Part shown: positions 56,033 through 64,000 of the stretch, in pieces | How the letters are laid out: every line of letters begins with the position of its first letter | Numbering within the stretch: the first letter of the stretch is position 1 | Assembly: GCA_965204535.1 (NCBI GenBank) | Contig: CBDBEV010000001.1 | Location: 1,408,001 to 1,472,000, forward strand | DNA from: a bacterium | GTDB taxonomy: Bacteria > UBA8248 | DNA length: 64,000 bases | Direction: 5' to 3' | Notes under the pieces: model-generated | The model's database searches: none | Told to the model about the DNA's origin: nothing | Seen by the model: the letters and a program-made list of their open reading frames with translations, nothing else | Made by a program: the position numbers and the translations under genes

Positions 56033-57478
56033 ATGGACAGCGCCGGGTTCATCCAAAAGCTGACGGACGTGGTGGGGAAGGAATACATCCACACCGAGCC
56101 GGTGGCGCTCAGGACGTATGACTGCGACGCCCTCACGATCTACAAGGGCGTGCCATCGGCCGTCGTGTTGCCCGAGAGCACCGAGGAAGTCCGCCGAATC
56201 GTCGGGATCTGCCGCGAGTGCCGCGTACCTTTAATCGCCAGGGGCGCGGGCACGGGTCTCTCGGGAGGAGCGACGCCCCTGCCGGGCGGCGTGCTCATCG
56301 TCTTCACGCGGATGAACAGGATCCTGGAAATCGATTATGAGAACCGCCTCGCGCGCGTGCAGACGGGTGTGGTGAACCTACACCTCACGCGGAAGACGCT
56401 GCCGCACGGCTTTCACTACGCGCCCGATCCGTCGAGCCAGGCGGCATGCACCATCGGCGGCAACGCGGCGGAGAACGCGGGCGGCGCGCATTGCCTGAAA
56501 TACGGGATGACCTCGAACCACGTCCTGGAGATGACGGTCGTCCTGCCCACGGGCGAGGTCGTGCACCTGGGCGCGGACGGGGAGGATTCGCCGGGTCTGG
56601 ACCTGCGCGGATTCTTCATTGGTTCGGAGGGCACGTTCGCCGTCATCACGGAACTCACCGTGCGGCTCACGCCGAACCCCGAGAGCGTGCGCACGATGCT
56701 GGCCTGTTTCTCTCAAGTGGGGGATGCGTGCCGGACGGTGAGCGACGTCATTGCCGCAGGCGCCGTTCCCGCCGCGATGGAGTTGATGGACCGCTACACC
56801 ATCGAGGCGGTCGAGACGGTGGTCAAGGCGGGCTATCCCAGGGACGCAGAGGCCGTCTTGCTGATCGAACTCGACGGCCTGCCGTCTTCCATCAAACCGC
56901 TCGAGACCCTGATTCGCGATGTATGCGAAAAAAACCATTGCTCTTCGTTTAATATCGCGCAGACCGAAGAGGAGCGCGAGAGCCTCTGGATGGGCCGGAA
57001 AAAGGCGTTCGGCGCCTTCGGGGTCATTGCGCCCGCCTACTATTGCCTCGACGGCACGGTTCCCCGCTCGAAGCTGGCGCAGGTGCTGGAAGAATTCGAA
57101 AAAATATCCGCCCGCTATGACTTGCGCATCACCAACGTGTTTCATGCCGGGGACGGGAGCCTCCATCCCAACGTTTTATTTGACGATCAGGTGCCCGGGG
57201 AAACCGAGCGGGTGATTGAATGCGGAGCGGAGGTGTTGCGCGCGTGCATACGCGCGGGAGGTGTGCTCTCGGGCGAACACGGCATCGGCATCGAGAAGAT
57301 CAGGGAGATGAAGGAGCAGTTCGATGAACCCACGCTCGGGATCATGGAGCGCGTGCGCGACGCCATCGACGGGGACGGCCTGATGAACCCCGGCAAGATC
57401 ATGCCCGATGAGGAAAACGTGTTCCCGGTCGCTCCCGGCGGCGCCCTCGCCCGGATGGGCGGGGGGATGACGAAATAA
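56033..57478 (+). CDS. glcD: Glycolate oxidase FAD subunit
   Basis: RGAGTGLSGG, PDPSS..CTIGGN.AENAGG..CLKYG, FHAGDG, GEHGIG; TATAAT at 55973. Confidence 0.9.
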   Translation: MDSAGFIQKLTDVVGKEYIHTEPVALRTYDCDALTIYKGVPSAVVLPESTEEVRRIVGICRECRVPLIARGAGTGLSGGATPLPGGVLIVFTRMNRILEIDYENRLARVQTGVVNLHLTRKTLPHGFHYAPDPSSQAACTIGGNAAENAGGAHCLKYGMTSNHVLEMTVVLPTGEVVHLGADGEDSPGLDLRGFFIGSEGTFAVITELTVRLTPNPESVRTMLACFSQVGDACRTVSDVIAAGAVPAAMELMDRYTIEAVETVVKAGYPRDAEAVLLIELDGLPSSIKPLETLIRDVCEKNHCSSFNIAQTEEERESLWMGRKKAFGAFGVIAPAYYCLDGTVPRSKLAQVLEEFEKISARYDLRITNVFHAGDGSLHPNVLFDDQVPGETERVIECGAEVLRACIRAGGVLSGEHGIGIEKIREMKEQFDEPTLGIMERVRDAIDGDGLMNPGKIMPDEENVFPVAPGGALARMGGGMTK

Positions 57479-57483
57479 ATCCC

Positions 57484-58863
57484 GTGGCCCTCAAGCTCGA
57501 TTCGTTCGCCCAAACGATAGAAGCAGACTTAGGCGATTCCGTCCTGTTGTCGGATGAGAGGGCGGAGTCTTTCAAATTGGGCGGCAAAACGCCCTCTTTG
57601 GTGGCGAGTCCCGCCGACCACGAAGCCGTATGCCGCGTTCTCGCGCGCGCGAACGAAGCGGGTCTCGCCGTATTCCCCTGGGGGGGAGGCACGGGCAGGG
57701 GGACGGGATATGCGCCCGAGAGGTACGACGTGGCGCTCTCGCTGGAGCGCATGTCGAAAGCGGTGGAGTTTTTGAAAGACGATCTCACCGCCGTTGTGGA
57801 AGCGGGAATGAGCGTCGAGAATCTAAATAGGTTGACGGGCGCCGAGGGCCAGACGGCGGGTCTCGACCCCCCGCATCCGGGAACCTCCACGGTGGGGGGA
57901 GCCATCATCGCGGATCGTTCGGGTCCCATGCGGGTGCGCTGGGGCAAGGCGCGCGACCGCGTGATGCGCATGAAGGTGGCGCTGGCCGACGGCGCGAGCC
58001 ATACCTATGGCGCGCTGGTGGTGAAAAACGTCACCGGCTACGACATGAACCGCCTCTTGTCAGGAAGCTGGGGGACGCTGGCGGTCGTTACCGAGTTGGC
58101 GATTCGCCTCTACAAGGCTCCCGAACACATTGGAGCGAGAGCGACCTCTTTTTCATCCACAGACGCCGCGTTCAAAGCGGCCAGGGCGCTGATGGCCTCG
58201 CCTCTTATGCCCATTTGGGCGGAAGTACTGGACGATGCGCGCATCGCCTCGCTGGCATCGGGCGGCGGCATCGCCTTGCCCGGCCCCGTCAGTCTGGTGG
58301 CTTCTTTCGGGGATTTTGAAGAAGGGCTGAACGATCAACTGGCCCGCTTCGAGGAAATCCTCGCGAAAGAGGGCGGGAGCGACGTCTTGCGCCTCGACGA
58401 TGAGACAACTTCGCGCCTGGGCCGCGCCCTGGCCGATCCGCCGGGAGGAGATTTCTCCGGCTCCGAAGTGCTCTCTTTTCGGTCATCGGGCCGGCTCGAT
58501 CAACTCCCCCGATTCGCGGAGGCGGCAAGGCGCGCCGCCGATTCGGGGAAATACCGCTGCGCCATCACCGCGCACGCCGGAAGCGGCGTGCTCAGGTGCT
58601 GGCTCGCGCCGGAGTATGAAGAATCCTCCCCGTTCGAGGCGTGGCGCGTCTTCTCCTCCCTTTGCAGGGAGGGCAGGGATGAGTGCCAAGCCCGCTCGGT
58701 ACACCTGCGCCTGGATTCGGGGCCGGACTCGCTCAAGGAACAGGTATCCGTGTGGGGTGAGGACGCGCTCGAACCCGGGGCGCTGCAGGTGATGCGCAAC
58801 ATCAAGAAAACCTATGACCCGAAGGGAACTTTGAGCCCCGGCCGCTTCGTGGGCCGGACCTAG
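57484..58863 (+). CDS. glcE: Glycolate oxidase FAD-binding subunit
   Basis: GGGT, TVGG, VKNVTGYDM.RL..GSWGTL, DPKGTLSPGR; lies between glcD and glcF. Confidence 0.85.
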   Translation: MALKLDSFAQTIEADLGDSVLLSDERAESFKLGGKTPSLVASPADHEAVCRVLARANEAGLAVFPWGGGTGRGTGYAPERYDVALSLERMSKAVEFLKDDLTAVVEAGMSVENLNRLTGAEGQTAGLDPPHPGTSTVGGAIIADRSGPMRVRWGKARDRVMRMKVALADGASHTYGALVVKNVTGYDMNRLLSGSWGTLAVVTELAIRLYKAPEHIGARATSFSSTDAAFKAARALMASPLMPIWAEVLDDARIASLASGGGIALPGPVSLVASFGDFEEGLNDQLARFEEILAKEGGSDVLRLDDETTSRLGRALADPPGGDFSGSEVLSFRSSGRLDQLPRFAEAARRAADSGKYRCAITAHAGSGVLRCWLAPEYEESSPFEAWRVFSSLCREGRDECQARSVHLRLDSGPDSLKEQVSVWGEDALEPGALQVMRNIKKTYDPKGTLSPGRFVGRT

Positions 58864-58877
58864 GAGGAAAGCCCGAA

Positions 58878-60233
58878 TTGGCCACGGACCAAAAAGCAGG
58901 GAACGCGCAGGTTTTTCCCGAATACGAGAACCCCTTCGTCGGCCCGGACGCTCCCGACAGGCGGATGATCCAGCGCTGCATCCATTGCGGGTCCTGCGTG
59001 ACGAGCTGTCCCACCTTCACGCTGCTCGGCAGCGAGATGGACTCCCCGCGCGGGAGAATCTATATCATGCGCATGGTGGCGGACGGGGAGATGGCGCCCG
59101 ACGAGTCGGTGATGAAACACCTCGATCGCTGCCTGGACTGCCGCGCCTGCGAGACGGCGTGTCCGTCGGGCGTGCCCTACGGCTCCCTGATAGAGGCGGC
59201 GCGGGAAGGGCTCGAAAAAATCAGAAAACGCTCCTTCCCGGTGCGGATATTCAGAAGATTTCTTTTCCGCTGGCTTTTGCCGAGCAGGACGCTGCTCAAT
59301 CTGGCGGGCATGGCCACCCGTCTGTACCAGACCACGTTTTTGAAAAACGTGGTGAGGGGGCTGGGTCTTTTGCCAAAAAAGCTGGCGGAACTCGAGCCAC
59401 TGATGCCAGAGGCCCCGCCCGTGTCCTCGATGAGGGCCCTTCCTGCGGAAGTCGCGCCCATCGGGGATGAGAAACACCGCGTCGCCTTCTTCGGCGGGTG
59501 TATTCAGTCCATCCTGTTCGGCGACGTGAACCGGGCCGCCGTACGCGCCCTGGCGGCGAACGGGGTGCGCGTCGTGTTTCCCGCCTCACAGACGTGCTGC
59601 GGCGCGCTGCAGGCGCACGCCGGGGACAGGGCAGCGGCGAGAATCCTGGCGCGCAAGAACCTGGACGCCATCGACGCGGAAGAGTTCGACGCCGTCGTCC
59701 TCGCCGGCGCAGGCTGCGGGGCCACGCTCCATGAATACAGGGATCTGCTCGCGGAGGATCCCGTCTACGCGAGTCACGCTGCGGCATTCAGCGAGAAGGC
59801 GATGGACGTCACCGTTTTTCTATCCAGAATCGGCCTAAGAGAAGCGAACCACCCCGAGCCCCAAAAAATCGCGTATCACCACCCGTGCCACCTGTTTCAC
59901 GCGCTCAAGGTCCGCAAGGAGCCGCTCGAAGTTCTCTCCGCGATCCGAAACCTGGAGATTGCGCCCCTCGAGGAGAGCGACTGGTGCTGCGGCTCCGCCG
60001 GCAGCTACAATCTCACGCAGACGGAGATTTCCATGCAGCTTCTCGACAGGAAGATGGGGCACGTGAAAGACTCCGAAGCGCCTGTGGTCTGTACGGGCAA
60101 TCCCGGTTGTCAGATCCAGATCGCGTTCGGCGCGCGTAAGCGGGACATGGACCTCCGGGTGGTGCATCCCGTCGTCCTGCTGGATGAGGCGTATGAGGCG
60201 GAAGGCGTATATCAAGGCGCGGTGCTTCCATGA
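58878..60233 (+). CDS. glcF: Glycolate oxidase iron-sulfur subunit
   Basis: CIHCGSC..CP, CLDCRACETACPSG, two CCG domains. Confidence 0.9.
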   Translation: MATDQKAGNAQVFPEYENPFVGPDAPDRRMIQRCIHCGSCVTSCPTFTLLGSEMDSPRGRIYIMRMVADGEMAPDESVMKHLDRCLDCRACETACPSGVPYGSLIEAAREGLEKIRKRSFPVRIFRRFLFRWLLPSRTLLNLAGMATRLYQTTFLKNVVRGLGLLPKKLAELEPLMPEAPPVSSMRALPAEVAPIGDEKHRVAFFGGCIQSILFGDVNRAAVRALAANGVRVVFPASQTCCGALQAHAGDRAAARILARKNLDAIDAEEFDAVVLAGAGCGATLHEYRDLLAEDPVYASHAAAFSEKAMDVTVFLSRIGLREANHPEPQKIAYHHPCHLFHALKVRKEPLEVLSAIRNLEIAPLEESDWCCGSAGSYNLTQTEISMQLLDRKMGHVKDSEAPVVCTGNPGCQIQIAFGARKRDMDLRVVHPVVLLDEAYEAEGVYQGAVLP

Positions 60234-60514
60234 CATGTAAGCTGAGAGGAGCACGACCCCTGGAATCGGGCGCTCGCTCGCGGGAAATCTCCGCCGTAGT
60301 CTCCAGGTGGCCGATGCAGGCCAAGAGAACTTGAGGCCGGCCATGAAATCCGGAGTTCCGCTTATCCTCGTTTTCATCATCGCCGTCACCGGGATGGGAC
60401 ATCGGTGAAGGCTTAGGGCTCACTCCCGGCCTCCACGGCAAGCCGGGCCTCGCCGCGGCGGGAGCCGGGAATCGAGTCGCCCCCGCACGTACGCGGCGCG
60501 AACCGGCTGAGGTA

Positions 60515-61639
60515 GTGATGAGATCATCATTCGCATTGATTTTTCTCTGTATGTTCATCGCACTGACGGCGGCTGCGGGCGACGCTGCCGGAGAAGAAAC
60601 CGGCGCCGCCGTACAAGCCGGGGGTTATGCATCCCGCGCCGGCGCCGTTCTGGGGGTCTGGCGCCCGGCCCGGCCGGCGCATACGCCCGAGCACATGGCG
60701 CGGGCGGCGAACCGCTTCCTCCTGATGCTGAACAACGCCCAAAGACGCACCGCCCACTACGATCTGAACAGCCCCGAAAGAACCAGGTGGACCAATGCCC
60801 CGGCCCGCGGGGACGTCGGCGGCGTCGCGCTGGGCGACCTGAACGGCGCGCAGCTTCGCGCATTGCTGGATCTTCTCGCGTCGGTGCTGAGCGAGAAAGG
60901 TTATTACAGGATACGGGACGTCATGCTGGGTGATGACCTGCGCGCCGTGATCGACGGCAGGAGAAATACGGGGGTCGGGATCGAGGCGTTTCGTTTCTCT
61001 GTTTTCGGCGAGCCGTCGGCAACGTCGCGCTGGGCGCTGCAATTGGACGGGCATCATGTCGCGCTGAACATCACGCTAGATGGCGATGCCTGGTCCATGT
61101 CGCCGAGCTTCATCGGCACGTATCCACAGTCATTCTTAGTCGCGGGAGCGCAAATGCGGCCGCTGGCCGCGCAGACGGACCTTGCATTTGAATTCGTGAA
61201 CAGCCTGACGCCTGAGCAACGGAGCCTGGCCGTGATCGGCGTACGGCGAGGCGCCTTGCGGGTCGGAGCCGGCCGGGACGGCGTCGTGCCGGAGCCTGCC
61301 GGCATGCGCTGCGATGCGCTGAACGGAGCGCAGAAGAAAAAGCTTCTCGCCCTGGCCTCGCAGTGGTTCGATCTCATGCCGCCGCGCCATGCGCGAACGC
61401 AGAAGAAGCGGTTTCTCAATGCGCTCGATAAGACGTGGTTCTCCTGGAGCGGACCGCTTGCGGCCGGAAGCGATGTTTCCTGGGCCATACAGGGGCCGTC
61501 CGTCATCATGGAATATGCGAACGACGCGCGGGGAGGCAGCAGCGGGGGCAACCCTGCGGATCACGTGCACACGATCTACCGCGACCTGGAGCGCGAATAC
61601 GGCGGCGGGCTCCTCAACCGTCCCCGTTCACGTCGGTAG
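60515..61639 (+). CDS. Secreted DUF3500-family protein
   Basis: Signal peptide; FGEPS....W..Q.DGHH.ALN, QGPSVIMEY, HVHTIYRD..YG. Confidence 0.85.
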   Translation: MMRSSFALIFLCMFIALTAAAGDAAGEETGAAVQAGGYASRAGAVLGVWRPARPAHTPEHMARAANRFLLMLNNAQRRTAHYDLNSPERTRWTNAPARGDVGGVALGDLNGAQLRALLDLLASVLSEKGYYRIRDVMLGDDLRAVIDGRRNTGVGIEAFRFSVFGEPSATSRWALQLDGHHVALNITLDGDAWSMSPSFIGTYPQSFLVAGAQMRPLAAQTDLAFEFVNSLTPEQRSLAVIGVRRGALRVGAGRDGVVPEPAGMRCDALNGAQKKKLLALASQWFDLMPPRHARTQKKRFLNALDKTWFSWSGPLAAGSDVSWAIQGPSVIMEYANDARGGSSGGNPADHVHTIYRDLEREYGGGLLNRPRSRR

Positions 61640-62852
61640 GCGGGGATTAGAGGTGACAGCATCAGGGAGCAGTGGTGTAGGGAAAACGCCACAAGGAGTC
61701 GAGTCGTGTGCTTTCGTCCTGCGTGCGGTCCCCGCCCTTCGGGCGTCGCCGCCCAAGGAGATGGCGTCGTAGCGGCGCTTGAGCGAACCAACCGGGCCGC
61801 GTCCGGGAGCACGCTTCGCATCGTCATATGAACCTGTTCTGCAGGACGCCTGATGGCGGGCGACAATTTACTCACGATCCACGAATAACCGGCAACGCCA
61901 CAATGGGGTATGTCCGGTTCTTTTTGCAGGCAACGACCGCGTGTCTTTGGGTGTTCCCGGCTCAGCCGACTGAGCCGGGAATGCGACCCTCGAACACAAT
62001 GGCAAATTGGCGCATCGCAGCGCTCCACTCAAAAGGGCGGCACCAACGGACCCCGTCTCCAAGTGCCGGAAAGTGCTTCTCGCCACGGGCGTGTACACGA
62101 ATACCAACCAGTACGAACAGCCATCCCAGCTCCCCGAAAGAAAATATGGTGTCAGTCTCGTTATGATTCCGGCCCTGGAGGCCGAGTTGACATTAAACGC
62201 TCAGAAAGCGTCAGGCCAGGTGTGGCCATGCAAGTATGATGGACAACCCTTCAGCACGGCATCTCTGGCGTTCTCGGAAAGTTGGAGAGAGCGCGCTGAG
62301 AGTTGATGCCGCTTCATATCACCAGACCTCAGGAGAGGGGCTAACCCCTCCAAGCCCTGATTTTCGCAGAGTTGAACACCCCGCCGGCATGCAACCGAGG
62401 TCCCGGGGTGGCGGAGAGACCGGCCTCCACGGATTTGGATAACGCTTCGGCCCGGTGCACGATCCAGTGATGGAATCGGATGGAGGACGTTTTGTTTTCG
62501 GCGCGGTTGAGCCCGTTTCCAGACTGCCCCCGGTCAACGGCGTAGAGCCCCGACTTGTGCCCCGATTCTCCGAGGTCGAACAGCAAAACGAACCGCAACC
62601 TTTACGGGACGCGGGTTCACTGTCCGTTGACCGTCCGCTTCCGATCTTGATCAAACCGGCGCTGCGGGTTGGTTCATTCTCAAGGGCGCGTAGGTTGAAT
62701 CTGCGGTTTTCATGCGTGTGTGCCCGAATCGGCGCGCTTCAAGGGGAAAGGAGCGGCGACGCGCCCCGGCGTATGATATCCGTCTCGAACGGCCACCAGG
62801 GTGAAGCTCCGCTGCATGGACAACGGCCAGCGGAAGAAGGATATCGTTCCCG

Positions 62853-62972
62853 GCCGAGGAATGGGGATTGCGCGCGCGCGACGGCAACCCCTGTCTCGGC
62901 ATCTCCAAGAGTCCGCGGAAGCGCATCGCCCGGTTCATCGATGTGGACAAACTGGCGCTGCTCGGGCGCGCG
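62853..62972 (+). pseudogene. Tyrosine-integrase fragment
   Basis: AEEWGLRARDGNPCLGISKSPRKRIARFIDVDKLALLGRA resembles the segment preceding the catalytic domain of phage-type integrases; no catalytic RHRY residues follow. Confidence 0.6.
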
Positions 62973-63174
62973 GCTGGCAATGTACCCGCTGTCGGGCGGA
63001 CCCGGATGGGCTTGTCTTTGAACAGGTGTATGTCAAGACGCGCGAATCGTTTAGCCGGCGTCACCGGCGAAGCTGATGCCGACCCGCAACGCGGACTCGG
63101 CGCCTACCCACAGCGAAAACGCCGACCTGAGGTTCGTCGGAACGCGCCGGTCCTTGCTGTCCCCGGTACGGACT

Positions 63175-64000
63175 TCAGAATTTCTTCTGCAAGCCGAGCG
63201 AGACACCGTTGCTTCGGCTTTCGCTCTCGTATTCCAGGCCGAAGGCGAATTGCGTGTTTTCTCCAAAGGGCAGGGAATACCCCAGGGCGTAAGTCGTCGC
63301 CGGCCGGCTGCGCAAGCCGATCTCGATCCGGCGACGCTCGAGCGACTGCGAGCGCCCGAGATAGAACGCTTCGGCAAAACCGGCCCCGGTCGCGACGACG
63401 TGGCTGATCCGGGCCCGTCCGCCGCGGATCCCCATTCCCTGACGGGTCGAAAAACGCAGCCTGTCGTTGTTCCGGAATACGCCGCGCCCCTCGATTCCCG
63501 CCGAGCGGCCCGCCGCCCGCAGCCCGGATATGCCGGACAGCATGCCGCCGCTCACGGACACCTTTCCGGCGGCGTGTTCGTAACCCAGGAACACGCGCCA
63601 GTTATCGCCCAGCGCCCTCGACAACAACAACCGGCCCTGGCGGGTCGCGGTCCGGGCGTTTCCCAGCGCGCCGGGGTGCGCCCCCCAGAAGCTGCGGTTT
63701 TCATTGATGTGGGAGACCTCGGCCACGAGGCCGAAACCGCCGCGGCTCATGCGCCACTGCAGGCCGAGCTGCCACCACGGCGTCCGGCTATGGTTGTTTC
63801 CGTCGAGCGCGGCGAACGGCCGCACGCCGGCACCCTGCCCCTCAAAGGCGAACGAGCCCCCGGCGTCGGCGAAGAAGGGGGCGGCGACCGACGGGCCGGT
63901 GGCGTCGAACGCGTCCCATTCCCGCCAGGGGGATTGTTCGCACCCATCGCACAGGCCGTAGCGGAACCGCACTGCGCCCAGCAAGTCGTCCGAATAAACC
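63175..64000 (-). CDS. C-terminal part of an outer-membrane beta-barrel/autotransporter-like protein (5' end outside window)
   Basis: Alternating hydrophobic beta-strands, terminal Phe (LGLQKKF). Confidence 0.6.
   Translation of the reverse strand, partial: VYSDDLLGAVRFRYGLCDGCEQSPWREWDAFDATGPSVAAPFFADAGGSFAFEGQGAGVRPFAALDGNNHSRTPWWQLGLQWRMSRGGFGLVAEVSHINENRSFWGAHPGALGNARTATRQGRLLLSRALGDNWRVFLGYEHAAGKVSVSGGMLSGISGLRAAGRSAGIEGRGVFRNNDRLRFSTRQGMGIRGGRARISHVVATGAGFAEAFYLGRSQSLERRRIEIGLRSRPATTYALGYSLPFGENTQFAFGLEYESESRSNGVSLGLQKKF

Noticed and set aside
60218-60290. TPP-riboswitch-like GGTGC..GCTGAGA..ACCC
   Set aside because: Lacks the conserved CTGAT..GG.TAAT..CC.GCG.AGG 3' half, overlaps the glcF stop, and no thiamine gene follows
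61669-61790. tRNA-like stretch
   Set aside because: No TTCGA T-loop or cloverleaf could be formed; at most a degenerate hairpin repeat

Overview
High-GC bacterial window; the gene families suggest an uncultured marine or sponge-associated lineage such as Nitrospinota/Tectomicrobia (inference only). Coding content is mostly housekeeping and catabolic: aminotransferase, HU/IHF, queA, TrmJ, a NrfCD-fusion/MopB/TorD molybdoenzyme operon, korAB, an ABC-lipocalin (AttEFGH-like) system, a second molybdoenzyme and glcDEF. Accessory DNA includes a hicBA islet, a surface-protein island (two TbpB-like beta-barrel proteins around a GAF-kinase-receiver-wHTH hybrid) and an integrase relic. The most striking signal is non-coding. 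Two complete IS1182-family elements and about 25 copies of their terminal inverted repeat define a family of non-autonomous elements (MITEs). These insert with 5-bp target duplications at identical positions in REP-like hairpins (TTGTC, CTCAA) and carry GTAG/CGTC REP doublets as cargo, so nested intergenic mosaics form, mostly at gene 3' ends. No rRNA, complete tRNA or CRISPR array was seen.
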